A stretch of 64,000 nucleotides of DNA. Source: an uncultured Saprospiraceae bacterium. Its GTDB lineage: Bacteria; Bacteroidota; Bacteroidia; Chitinophagales; Saprospiraceae. A model generated the notes under the pieces. That model saw only the letters and a list, made by a program, of their open reading frames with translations, did not search any database and was not told where the DNA came from. Positions 20,401-28,510 of this stretch are shown here, piece after piece; the stretch's first letter is position 1, and every line of letters begins with the position of its first letter. The position numbers were made by a program, and so were the translations under genes. The DNA lies in the NCBI GenBank assembly GCA_937927575.1, contig CALBEE010000058.1, positions 1,489-65,488 of the forward strand. Reading direction: 5' to 3'.

Positions 20401-20645
20401 TGAAGACCATCATTATTGATATCCATAATACTTACTCCTCCACCATTATATATCGATATCCAAGTAAAATGATTAAACTGATCTGTTTCATTCACTTCGT
20501 TATTAAAGTTAATTTTGGTTTGACTGATGTGTAACTTTTCGAAAGTCTTAGGACCAGTGGCAAGAATACGGCTAGGCGCACTATCTTGACATGCTGTAAA
20601 GCTCAAAACAAAGAAAGCGATATAGAGGTAATATGTGATTTTCAT
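17406..20645 (-). CDS. FG-GAP/VCBS repeat lipoprotein with C-terminal ASPIC/UnbV domain (CRTAC1 family)
   Basis: Many D-x-D/N-x-D-G calcium-loop repeats (DINNDGLLD, DYDGDGDQD, DADGDLD). Likely true start is the ATG at 20645 (MKITYYLYIAFFVLSFTAC, lipobox), not the ORF-track start 20729. Confidence 0.7.
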   Translation of the reverse strand: MKITYYLYIAFFVLSFTACQDSAPSRILATGPKTFEKLHISQTKINFNNEVNETDQFNHFTWISIYNGGGVSIMDINNDGLQDIFFTATTGDDALYLNKGNMQFEDITKSAGVNKKPGTVSAGICYGDVNQDGFVDIYVSTFGYSSLESDKRNRLYINNGDLTFTESAKAYGVDNGGYTVQSAFIDYDNDQDLDLFVMNQPSNVRFGKSSYVHQDSISKETSDLLFRNDGGKFVDVSKEAGIESAAYGLGLSISDINQDGYQDIYIANDYEKPDYMYINNADGTFRNTIDESVNHISNFSMGMDIADINNDGLLDIGVVDMAGANHLRSKTNMPSMSPEAFYGFVNKGYHYQYMHNTLQLNNGDNTFSDISHMSGIAKTDWSWSLLMADYDNDRHKDIYITNGIKRDFRNNDYLQDLQKKQSSGAKSSVLEIINSIPSTPMSNYLFHSDGHFHFDDVANDWGLGDKSFSQGAAYGDLDNDGDLDLVVNNMNALASVYENKAGDHGNYVRFKLESKEHKPMQGSSIKITTTDGVQYAQLGTVKGFISSSENIIHFGLGENHKIDKVEISWPNRMTTILENVESNMTHSLYFESSDKSIIKVKRRKPLLVQEDNVINHKHEENDFNDYASQNLLPYKLSEQGPFMAKADVDGDGDEDLYIGGSAGFAGKLYLFDNGSYSQKTIPSFVLDEKYEDMRSVFLDYDGDGDQDLYVCSGGNEFEVGSVHLQDRIYNNDGKGNFTKSNNILPSLKNSTSTAVPFDIDADGDLDLAVFGRLVPGKYPQSPDSYLLLNDNGKYTNVTKSQAGFLQKFGMVTDAVATDYDGDGDQDVLTVGEWMAPKLLINDQGKLSLKETGIESGLYFSVAATDLDKNGTDDYLFGNIGVNNKFKATKDKPFRLYSDDFDNNGRYDVVLASYFDDKIVPLRGKECSTEQVPFVSEKFEKYEDFANASLDEIYDLDEAQALQASSLKSVMAINTSGKLDIKYLPTQAQMSPLNGFIVKDVNSDGYKDIICVGNLYSTEVETTRFDAGIGTVLINDTEGDYKAISAKESGMNASYDAKDILIANDLILVSNNRESVQVWK

Positions 20646-20775
20646 GATTATAGTGTCGTCTCTTCTTAGAAGTTCGAAGATAGTATTATTGGACTGAATA
20701 AATAAATAGTCACCTCTAAGTATGTCCAATATTTAGATTAACCAAGGACCATATGTCAAGGCATAAATGAAAATG

Positions 20776-20783
20776 TATATTTG
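20776..20783 (+). promoter_or_regulatory. Candidate Bacteroidetes -7 promoter element (TATATTTG) upstream of the HAD hydrolase gene
   Basis: Exact match to the TAnnTTTG consensus, 20 nt upstream of the ATG at 20804. No clean -33 TTG at canonical spacing. Confidence 0.35.
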
Positions 20784-20803
20784 TCGAATTGATAAAGCAT
20801 AGC

Positions 20804-21496
20804 ATGAAATACAGAAATATAAAAGTCATTGCGTTCGATGCCGATGATACCTTATGGATAAATGAAACCTTTTTCAGAGAGGCAGAGCAAAAATTTGCCG
20901 AAATATTAGCTCCGTACGAAACCATCAATAAAATAAATCAAGAGTTGTACAAAATGGAAATGGACAACTTACATCTTTACGGGTATGGTATTAAAGGATT
21001 CATGCTCTCAATGGTAGAATCTGCTATTGCACTATCAAATGGAAAAGTTTCGAATACCGAAATTCAAAAAATTATATCTATAGGAAAGAATATGCTTAGT
21101 AAACCAGTAGAACTACTTAAAGGAATCGAAGAAGTACTATTATATCTTTCCAAAAAATATCGACTTATACTTTGTACCAAGGGAGATTTATTAGACCAAG
21201 AAAGAAAATTAAAAAAATCTAACTTGGGCAAATATTTTCATCATATAGAAGTTATGAGTGATAAAAAGTCATCCGATTACAAGCGAGTACTAAATCATTT
21301 AGACATTAATCCAGAATCCTTTTTGATGATAGGAAATTCATTAAAATCCGATATTCTTCCTTTACTTAGCATCAATGCACAAGCTATACATATTCCCTTT
21401 CATATTACTTGGCAACATGAAGCCGTTGACTCCTCCGACATACAAGAGAATTATCTTACTTTGAGTAGCGCCACAGAATTACTTCATTATTTATAA
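20804..21496 (+). CDS. HAD superfamily hydrolase
   Basis: Motif I VIAFDADDTLW (DxDxT) right after the start. The ORF track begins at a TTG at 20789; the ATG at 20804 (MKYRNIKVIAFDADDTLW) is more likely. Confidence 0.65.
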   Translation: MKYRNIKVIAFDADDTLWINETFFREAEQKFAEILAPYETINKINQELYKMEMDNLHLYGYGIKGFMLSMVESAIALSNGKVSNTEIQKIISIGKNMLSKPVELLKGIEEVLLYLSKKYRLILCTKGDLLDQERKLKKSNLGKYFHHIEVMSDKKSSDYKRVLNHLDINPESFLMIGNSLKSDILPLLSINAQAIHIPFHITWQHEAVDSSDIQENYLTLSSATELLHYL

Positions 21497-21506
21497 TTGA
21501 CTATAA

Positions 21507-22124
21507 TTGAAAGAAATAAATTTAAATACCTGGAATAGAAAGGAACACTTTCATCATTTTAGCGCACTAAGCAATCCATATTTTGCTGTCACTGTTCCTA
21601 TCGATGTGACCTATGCTTATCACAAAAGTAAGTTAGAAAATGTCAGCTTTTTCGTAAGATATCTACACGATTGTATGAAAGCAATCAACGCTGTTGAAAA
21701 TATGAGATACAGGATTATAGATGGAAAGGTGTTTGACTTGAAAATAATCCATGCCTCAGCTACTATAATGCGTCATGATAAAACATTTGGCTTTTCTTGG
21801 ATAGAATATGATGAAGACATTTCTATATTCAACAAAAATTTTGAAGAAGAAAAACTACGCATTCAAAATAATCATGAATTATACCCTCCAACAAATGGAG
21901 AGAATTGTATTCATTGCTCTGCATTGCCCTGGATCAATTTTACAAGTCAAAAAGAACCCGTATCAGGTAAATTGGAATCTATACCAGAACTATCTTTTAG
22001 TAAAGTGGTTTTAGAAAATAAAATCCGAACTATGAATCTTGCTATAAGTGTAAATCACGCTTTAGTTGATGGATATCATGTAGGTCAATTTATTGATCTA
22101 TTTCAAAAATACCTTAATCAATAA
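21507..22124 (+). CDS. cat: Type A chloramphenicol O-acetyltransferase (CAT family)
   Basis: Full-length CAT-like sequence. N-terminus NTWNRKEHFHHF; active-site region SVNHALVDGYHVGQF corresponds to HHAVCDGFH of CATIII. Confidence 0.7.
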   Translation: MKEINLNTWNRKEHFHHFSALSNPYFAVTVPIDVTYAYHKSKLENVSFFVRYLHDCMKAINAVENMRYRIIDGKVFDLKIIHASATIMRHDKTFGFSWIEYDEDISIFNKNFEEEKLRIQNNHELYPPTNGENCIHCSALPWINFTSQKEPVSGKLESIPELSFSKVVLENKIRTMNLAISVNHALVDGYHVGQFIDLFQKYLNQ

Positions 22125-22164
22125 TAATATTACTTTTGTGTCATAATCATACGAACCAACTATA

Positions 22165-22779
22165 ATGAAAATATCCAAAATATACTTATCAATACTTGCA
22201 TTCTCTTTCATAGCCATATTTAGTATGTGTAAGTCAGATAAACAAGATTCAACAGCTGCAGTGACTGAAGATAATTCAGTTGACAAAGGAGTAAGTCTTA
22301 ATGTAAAAGTAGATTCGTCAGCATTTGACTATACTTCAACCATAGATCTACAATACGTAAGCTTACCTCAAATGTACAGGTGGAACGTTGTTTCTAATTC
22401 GGTATTAAAGCTTAATAATAACCCAAGTGGCTTCGAAGTAACAGATACCATATCATGGATACACCCAAGCGGAAAAAGCTATATGTCAATGTCTCATTAT
22501 ACTCGTACTAATGAAGAGACTACAGATTATAATATGTTTTACGAAAAGGTAAAGTCATCATATCCTTATACTGATTATAGCTACACTAAATATAATAGTC
22601 CGTCTGGACCATTACATGAAATCAAACTATCAAACGATAAGACTTTTAATTATAAATTGATCGTGCCTAAAGGAAATGAAATTATTTCTATAGACTTACA
22701 ATCATATGCGGACGGATACGATGATGAAATCAAAAATTTTGTGCAACAGTTACCAGCAATAGTGCGTATTCACGAATAG
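22165..22779 (+). CDS. Hypothetical lipoprotein
   Basis: Signal peptide plus lipobox (FSMC). No known motif. Confidence 0.45.
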   Translation: MKISKIYLSILAFSFIAIFSMCKSDKQDSTAAVTEDNSVDKGVSLNVKVDSSAFDYTSTIDLQYVSLPQMYRWNVVSNSVLKLNNNPSGFEVTDTISWIHPSGKSYMSMSHYTRTNEETTDYNMFYEKVKSSYPYTDYSYTKYNSPSGPLHEIKLSNDKTFNYKLIVPKGNEIISIDLQSYADGYDDEIKNFVQQLPAIVRIHE

Positions 22780-22784
22780 CTATA

Positions 22785-24809
22785 TTATCGGTTGACAGTA
22801 ATGATGACGTCGTTGATCTTATCACCTTCTACGATATTATGCACTACATCCATTCCCTCTGTTACTTTACCAAAAATAGTGTATTTGCCATCTAAATGTG
22901 GCGTAGGAGAATGAGTAATAAACCATTGAGTACCTTCTGTGTGTAATCCAGCAGAAGCCATACCCAAATACCCTTCGTCATCATAATATAATTGAGGTAA
23001 CTCTGATCGAATGGAATAGTCCAAGGATCCATAACCGTCTCCTCTTGGACAACCACCCTGGATTACAAAATTAGAAACCACTCTATGATATACTTTGTTA
23101 TCAAAGAAGTTGTCATTAGATAAGTTGATGAAATTAGATACTGTTCCAGGAGCATCATTACCGAAAAGTTTAATCGTAAAATTCCCCTTATCTGTTTTTA
23201 CCACAGCGATTGTAGAGTCTGTAACCGTTGCTAATGTTTGCCAATCTATTGGATGATTATAGCTAGGTTTTTCAGCTTCGTATTTTACTCTATTGATGTA
23301 GGCAAGTGCTTTTTTTATTTCGTTATAAGTCTCTATTTCTTTAGGTAATGAAAGTTTTGCTGCTGAGGCAATTAAAAAACTATCATTTTGTATTAGATCA
23401 CGGTAACCATTTTCTTCTTTTGCAATTATTCTTGCACCAATGGCCATCGTTCCCACATCTCCTTTTGAAAATTGCTCTTTTATGATATCTAGAATTTCTT
23501 TCTTAACAAGGTTTGTCCTTGATCTAAAAGTATTGACAAAAGTTTCATTAGACACTATTTCGAATAGTGCTTCCATACCCGCAGATTTTACTACTACACT
23601 TCCGCTATCTATCGCCGCATCCTTAAGATAAGCATAATTATAAAGATCATATCCCATAGCTGTTACATAATGCTTAGCTATATATGGCTCGTCTTGTAAC
23701 TCCTCCAAATATTTCATGATGTCCGCCCTTATTCTACTCTTACTGTTTGTATAATAAGCTGGTAAATGCTTCAGGACTGAGGCATAGATTTTTGCTCTTA
23801 CCGTGTGATCTATATCTTTCGTTGCAAAACTTTTATAAATTTCCGCGTCGGTTCTATTGCCATTGTCAACTAAATATTGCGCAGCAGCATTAGCCACATG
23901 AATGTTTTTATCATCCAAATGATCAATTATCAAATCAATGTTATCGATATAATTATAATTACCTAATGCTCTTAAGATATTTACTTTAACTCTATAATCT
24001 TTTTCTACAATCAACTGTGATTGTAATATTTTCAGAATATCTGGATCATTCACTTTCTTCAAAGCTAAAGCAGCTGCCATTCTTAGGTTTGGATTATTAG
24101 ATCCAGTAAGTGCTTCAGCTATTCTAAATTGGCCCTTACTAATGTCTATATTCTGTGCTCTAGTGAGATAGTTCGCCGCCATTACCCTCACCTCATCTGG
24201 ATATTCTTCACTGCTCATCAAGTCTATCATTCTATTCGTACCTTTTTGAGAGGTCATTCCTCTTGTGGCATATCTATAAATAGCTCTAGACTGGCCTAGC
24301 AATAGCAAGGTATCTGTCGTTCTGTAAGAGGTTACCGATGCCAAAGCATCTAATAAAGATTGATTTCCTGTTTTTCCTACCGCTTCCAAAATTGTTGAAT
24401 TAAATCGATTATCTACGTCTATAGTATCTCGATTTATAAATGCATTCATTAAAGGATCCACCGTTTCACGATTACCACATTGACCTATGGCATAAGCGGC
24501 TGCCGTTCTTACTTCGAGAATAGGATCTGAAAGCATCATAACTAATGAATCCAAAGCAGTATCATTTTGCAAACTTGCCATTGCATTAACCGCTGTAAAA
24601 CGATATGCCGGATTAGGATGACTAAAATAAGAGAGTAAACTGTCTATGTTTTGTGCATCCTGATGATTATACAATCTTTGATATACAACATCATTCTTCG
24701 ATATCTCAATATCCGTAATGATCTCATTAGTCGGCGGTACACAAGCCTCTAATACAAGCATAAGAGCCAACACTAGTAAACTTAGATTTAGTTTAGGGGT
24801 ATTCTTCAT
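22785..24809 (-). CDS. HEAT/armadillo-repeat lipoprotein fused to C-terminal cyclophilin-type peptidyl-prolyl cis-trans isomerase
   Basis: Signal peptide plus lipobox (LEAC). Long alpha-helical repeat region. C-terminal cyclophilin signature (YHRVVSNFVIQGG...GQWFITHSPTPHLDGKYTIFGKV). Confidence 0.7.
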   Translation of the reverse strand: MKNTPKLNLSLLVLALMLVLEACVPPTNEIITDIEISKNDVVYQRLYNHQDAQNIDSLLSYFSHPNPAYRFTAVNAMASLQNDTALDSLVMMLSDPILEVRTAAAYAIGQCGNRETVDPLMNAFINRDTIDVDNRFNSTILEAVGKTGNQSLLDALASVTSYRTTDTLLLLGQSRAIYRYATRGMTSQKGTNRMIDLMSSEEYPDEVRVMAANYLTRAQNIDISKGQFRIAEALTGSNNPNLRMAAALALKKVNDPDILKILQSQLIVEKDYRVKVNILRALGNYNYIDNIDLIIDHLDDKNIHVANAAAQYLVDNGNRTDAEIYKSFATKDIDHTVRAKIYASVLKHLPAYYTNSKSRIRADIMKYLEELQDEPYIAKHYVTAMGYDLYNYAYLKDAAIDSGSVVVKSAGMEALFEIVSNETFVNTFRSRTNLVKKEILDIIKEQFSKGDVGTMAIGARIIAKEENGYRDLIQNDSFLIASAAKLSLPKEIETYNEIKKALAYINRVKYEAEKPSYNHPIDWQTLATVTDSTIAVVKTDKGNFTIKLFGNDAPGTVSNFINLSNDNFFDNKVYHRVVSNFVIQGGCPRGDGYGSLDYSIRSELPQLYYDDEGYLGMASAGLHTEGTQWFITHSPTPHLDGKYTIFGKVTEGMDVVHNIVEGDKINDVIITVNR

Positions 24810-25014
24810 CTATTTCTCTTCTTGATACATAGTATTATGTTATTAGTATTAATACAGCAAAAATTATCCCAATTTACATGAGAAACACATTAAATCTTAA
24901 TTAAAGACGTAAAACATTGACAGTCAGTGGTTTGTTTGCGATTTACTGGGTTTTGATTATGGGTTTGGCATAGAACTTGTTTATTGATAGATATGCTATG
25001 ATAGTAGAAGTTCA

Positions 25015-25632
25015 TTGAACGCTCTTCTTACTGCAATTGTTAAAACCAACCTATTTTCAGAGATGATGAGATCGATAAGATTAATAATTTGTTTTGCCTG
25101 CTTAATACCACTCACTTCATTTACTCGTTATAATGCTACTGAAGCTTTAGCATACAGTTATTTAGATGCTTATGCCGAGCTAGCTGTAGTAGAGATGTAT
25201 CGCACAGGAGTACCAGCAAGTATAACTTTAGCGCAAGGACTACATGAATCTAACTTCGGTAAAAGTGACTTAGCAACTAGAGCAAATAATCACTTCGGTA
25301 TCAAGTGTAAATCTTACTGGCAAGGACAGACCTATTATCACGAAGATGATGATTATAAAAACGGAAAACTAATTGAATCTTGCTTTAGATCTTATAATAG
25401 TGCGATAGAAAGTTATGTAGATCATTCTAATTTTTTACTCTACTCTGCGCATTATGGTAAATTATTTGATCTCGATCGTACAGATTATAAAAGTTGGGCA
25501 TTTGGATTAAAAGAATGTGGATATGCCACAGATATAAGCTACAGTAATAAGCTTATTGCTAAAATAGAAAAATACAATCTGTCTCAATACGATCATTCAG
25601 CTGATCCGTTTAGAACAGTTATAAAAAAATAA
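25015..25632 (+). CDS. Glucosaminidase (GH73, FlgJ-like mannosyl-glycoprotein endo-beta-N-acetylglucosaminidase domain)
   Basis: Motif PASITLAQGLHESNFGKS...NNHFGIKC is typical of GH73. The true start may be the internal Met near 25063 (MMRSIRLIICFA signal-like). Confidence 0.55.
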   Translation: MNALLTAIVKTNLFSEMMRSIRLIICFACLIPLTSFTRYNATEALAYSYLDAYAELAVVEMYRTGVPASITLAQGLHESNFGKSDLATRANNHFGIKCKSYWQGQTYYHEDDDYKNGKLIESCFRSYNSAIESYVDHSNFLLYSAHYGKLFDLDRTDYKSWAFGLKECGYATDISYSNKLIAKIEKYNLSQYDHSADPFRTVIKK

Positions 25633-25833
25633 AAAATCCAAAAAGAAAATAAATTCCAAATATCTTATCTGCTTTCTGACTTTATAGAAGAAGCTTTTAC
25701 TAATGGAACTTTATGATTTTAATATTGGAATTTTGAAGATCTAAGCCGTTATCCAGCAGACAATAAACCAATCTCGAGAATGACTTTTTAACTAAGTATA
25801 TTTTCGTTCTGCCGGATGCGGCTTTCTTAGATT

Positions 25834-25870
25834 TTGGAATTTGAAATTTGAAATTTGGAATTTGGAATTT
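25834..25870. repeat. Tandem heptanucleotide repeat (TTGRAAT)x5
   Basis: ttggaat ttgaaat ttgaaat ttggaat ttggaat tt, read directly from the sequence in the convergent intergenic region between the GH73 gene and the FtsX permease gene. Confidence 0.8.
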
Positions 25871-25912
25871 AATCTATTGGATTTTATTCCTTGACAATTT
25901 TCATCCAAAAAT

Positions 25913-27166
25913 CTATTCAGAAAGTGTCTTATGAATGTCCGTATAGCTTGCTTGATAAGCTGGTATCAATGCTGCAATTACACCTAACATTATAGATCCA
26001 AGAAACAGCCAAGCGTCTCCAACAATCATTCTCCATCCGGTAAAGTCGTATCGATAACTAGATTGCAAAAATTTCGACATTACCTCCATGCCTCCATGGC
26101 TAATAATCATTCCTACCACATAACCTATAATGGCCAAAATTATTCCTTCAAAAATAATTAAGGAAAACAACGTGATTCTACTTCCTCCCATTACTCTGAT
26201 CAATGATAGTTCATACTTACGCTCTTTCATTGATTTATAAAGAGAAATAAAAATACTAATAGCAGATACCAAAGCAATTAATATCGCTAGCCATCGTATC
26301 GCATCTGTCCCTACCCCAATCAAAGAATATAGCTTATTGATTTCATACGGTGGCGAAGCAGCTTGCATATCTGTATTATCATTAATAGCTCTAGGCAAAC
26401 TTAAAGTTCGAAAATTTGTTTTGTCTTTGTATCTAACTAAAATCGATGTAATATCTTTTTCTGGATGTTGCAATATCTCCTCATTAGATCTCACCGGAGT
26501 AGAGTGATGTGAATGATCATGTCCTTCGTGGTCGTGATCTGCATGATCATGTACGACCCAGACCGTTGATGGATTTGTAAGAATCAATTGATCCACAACT
26601 GAACCACTAGGCTTGAGTATTCCCACCACATTAAAAGCACTATGATCATGTGCAAGATCTTCATCATCTTCAAATCCGTGAGAACTTTTAAAACTGTCTC
26701 CTATCTTCAATCCTGTCGCTCTGGCTACACCTGCTCCAATAGTAACCTCTAAATCTTGTGCCCAAATTTTCCCCTCACCCAACTCTACTTTATACAAATC
26801 TAGTATGCCATCATTAGTACCTACTATTCGATGTCGCTTGTAGCTATCTCCCAAACTCAATGGGACCATCATATCTAAAAGAGGATGCTTTGGATTCAAA
26901 AATGGTTTTGCTTCATCCACAGTGATATTACCCGTAGGATTATCAATATGATACATACTACAAAGTATCATTTGCAACGGACTGCCCTTGGCGCCAATCA
27001 CTAAATCTATGTCCGCAAGATTTTTTTCAAAGTTTTCTGAAAGCTGAGTGTTCAGCAACATTAAAAAAGAAATGAGCCCAATACCCAATCCAAATAAAAT
27101 AATACTCAATATTAAGTTGAGAGGATTAGAAACGATATTTTTCCAAGCTAACTTTAATATGCTCAT
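25913..27166 (-). CDS. ABC transporter permease, FtsX/MacB-type, with His-rich periplasmic insert
   Basis: N-terminal TM, large periplasmic domain, three C-terminal TMs (FtsX topology). Insert HDHADHDHEGHDHSHH at nt 26501-26553. Start overlaps the ATPase gene stop (ATGA). Confidence 0.7.
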   Translation of the reverse strand: MSILKLAWKNIVSNPLNLILSIILFGLGIGLISFLMLLNTQLSENFEKNLADIDLVIGAKGSPLQMILCSMYHIDNPTGNITVDEAKPFLNPKHPLLDMMVPLSLGDSYKRHRIVGTNDGILDLYKVELGEGKIWAQDLEVTIGAGVARATGLKIGDSFKSSHGFEDDEDLAHDHSAFNVVGILKPSGSVVDQLILTNPSTVWVVHDHADHDHEGHDHSHHSTPVRSNEEILQHPEKDITSILVRYKDKTNFRTLSLPRAINDNTDMQAASPPYEINKLYSLIGVGTDAIRWLAILIALVSAISIFISLYKSMKERKYELSLIRVMGGSRITLFSLIIFEGIILAIIGYVVGMIISHGGMEVMSKFLQSSYRYDFTGWRMIVGDAWLFLGSIMLGVIAALIPAYQASYTDIHKTLSE

Positions 27167-27792
27167 GATATCGTTATTTTATTGTCTACCATTTCTTTAA
27201 GTCTTGTATCATGCGTAACGATGACTAATGCCGCACCAGAGTGCTTGGCTTGAGTAGAAAGTAAATCTAATACTGCTTCACAATTTTTATCGTCTAAGGC
27301 AGAAGTTGGTTCATCAGCTAAAATAACTGCAGGATTATTAACTAATGCACGTGCAATCGCAACACGTTGTGTTTCACCTTGTGAAAGTTCATTGATTTTA
27401 CTATCCTCCTTGTGTTCTATCTGTAGATTTCGAAGCAATTCCTTACATCTCCCTTCATCGATATTTTTTCCTGCTAGCTTTTGCGCAATCGTCAAATTTT
27501 CCAAAACCGAAAGAGATTTAATGAAGTGGAATTTTTGAAAAATCACTCCAATGTACTGTCCTCTAAAATGATCCAATTTTTTATCAGATAGCTTAGATAA
27601 GTCTTGATTAGCAATAGTTACTGAACCTTCTTTTGCTTTTATTAATCCAGAGAGTAAGTGCAACAATGTCGTTTTTCCTACTCCAGATTGACCCAATACC
27701 AACATCATCTCCCCTGATGCACAATTGATATCAGGAAAAGAGATAGGCGATCCAGTATTATATTGATAAGAAAGATTATGAGTTGAGATCAT
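27163..27792 (-). CDS. ABC transporter ATP-binding protein (LolD/MacB-NBD-like)
   Basis: Walker A GQSGVGKTT, signature LSQGETQRVAIARAL, Walker B ILADEPTSALD. Confidence 0.8.
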   Translation of the reverse strand: MISTHNLSYQYNTGSPISFPDINCASGEMMLVLGQSGVGKTTLLHLLSGLIKAKEGSVTIANQDLSKLSDKKLDHFRGQYIGVIFQKFHFIKSLSVLENLTIAQKLAGKNIDEGRCKELLRNLQIEHKEDSKINELSQGETQRVAIARALVNNPAVILADEPTSALDDKNCEAVLDLLSTQAKHSGAALVIVTHDTRLKEMVDNKITIS

Positions 27793-27898
27793 ACTCTAAA
27801 GGTAAGGGTTTTAAAGAGATTAAAACGAGTACTGTCCAATTACATTTTAATTTTGAAAATAAATTTTTTGTCTTCTCTAGTTATTTACTAAGAGAAAA

Positions 27899-28510
27899 TT
27901 AATCATTCTCCAAACCAAATTTCAACCAATCTTCGTGATAATCAATATCATGTAACATCTCAATTTTTTGAACAGACAAGCCTTTTGCTTTTGCTTTATC
28001 TATTGTTTGATCAGCTACTCTATCTGTGCTCCAATCTATATTAGTAATTACTTCCGGGTGATATCCTTTCATTCCTAGTAGATAATAGCCGCCATCATGC
28101 ACAGGACCAAGAACAATTTCGTTGTCAAATAATAATTCCGCGGCTCTATTTATATGCTTAGATCTGATCTCCGCGCAATCGCTACCTATTACGATCATTC
28201 TGGTATAATTTTTAGACAAATTTGAGAAAGCATCTCTTAATCTTTGTCCAAGGTTTCCTTCGGATTGCACTCGTTTGTTATATACATCACCTGACCATAG
28301 GTCATCTTCTATATAGTCACTATAATACAAATACTTGTCAAGTATAATATCCGTTGTAACTTTTCTAGTGTGCGCTAATAGTAATTTATATATTCTTAAA
28401 GCTTCACCATCTCCTGCGGTTGATGCGATTCGAGTTTTCGCTTTTCCCAACACAGGGTTTTTAATCATAATGATTAAAGCAACTTTATCAGTCGTTTTCG
28501 TCTTTGTCAT
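27899..28510 (-). CDS. DUF2064 family protein (TIGR04282-like putative nucleotidyl/glycosyl-transferase fold)
   Basis: N-terminus KVALIIMIKNPVLGKAKTRI resembles the DUF2064 consensus (ALIVFARYPEPGKVKTRL). Its 5' end overlaps the HlyD 3' end by 23 nt. Sits inside the efflux operon. Confidence 0.45.
   Translation of the reverse strand: MTKTKTTDKVALIIMIKNPVLGKAKTRIASTAGDGEALRIYKLLLAHTRKVTTDIILDKYLYYSDYIEDDLWSGDVYNKRVQSEGNLGQRLRDAFSNLSKNYTRMIVIGSDCAEIRSKHINRAAELLFDNEIVLGPVHDGGYYLLGMKGYHPEVITNIDWSTDRVADQTIDKAKAKGLSVQKIEMLHDIDYHEDWLKFGLEND

Noticed and set aside
20646-20729. ORF-track N-terminal extension of the FG-GAP protein (MDILRGDYLFIQ...)
   Set aside because: The internal ATG at 20645 is followed directly by a canonical signal peptide with lipobox (MKITYYLYIAFFVLSFTAC). 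The upstream 28 codons look non-coding.
25834-25870. CRISPR array
   Set aside because: The only tandem repeat is a 7-nt microsatellite without spacers. No cas genes and no 25-40-nt direct repeats with unique spacers anywhere in the window.
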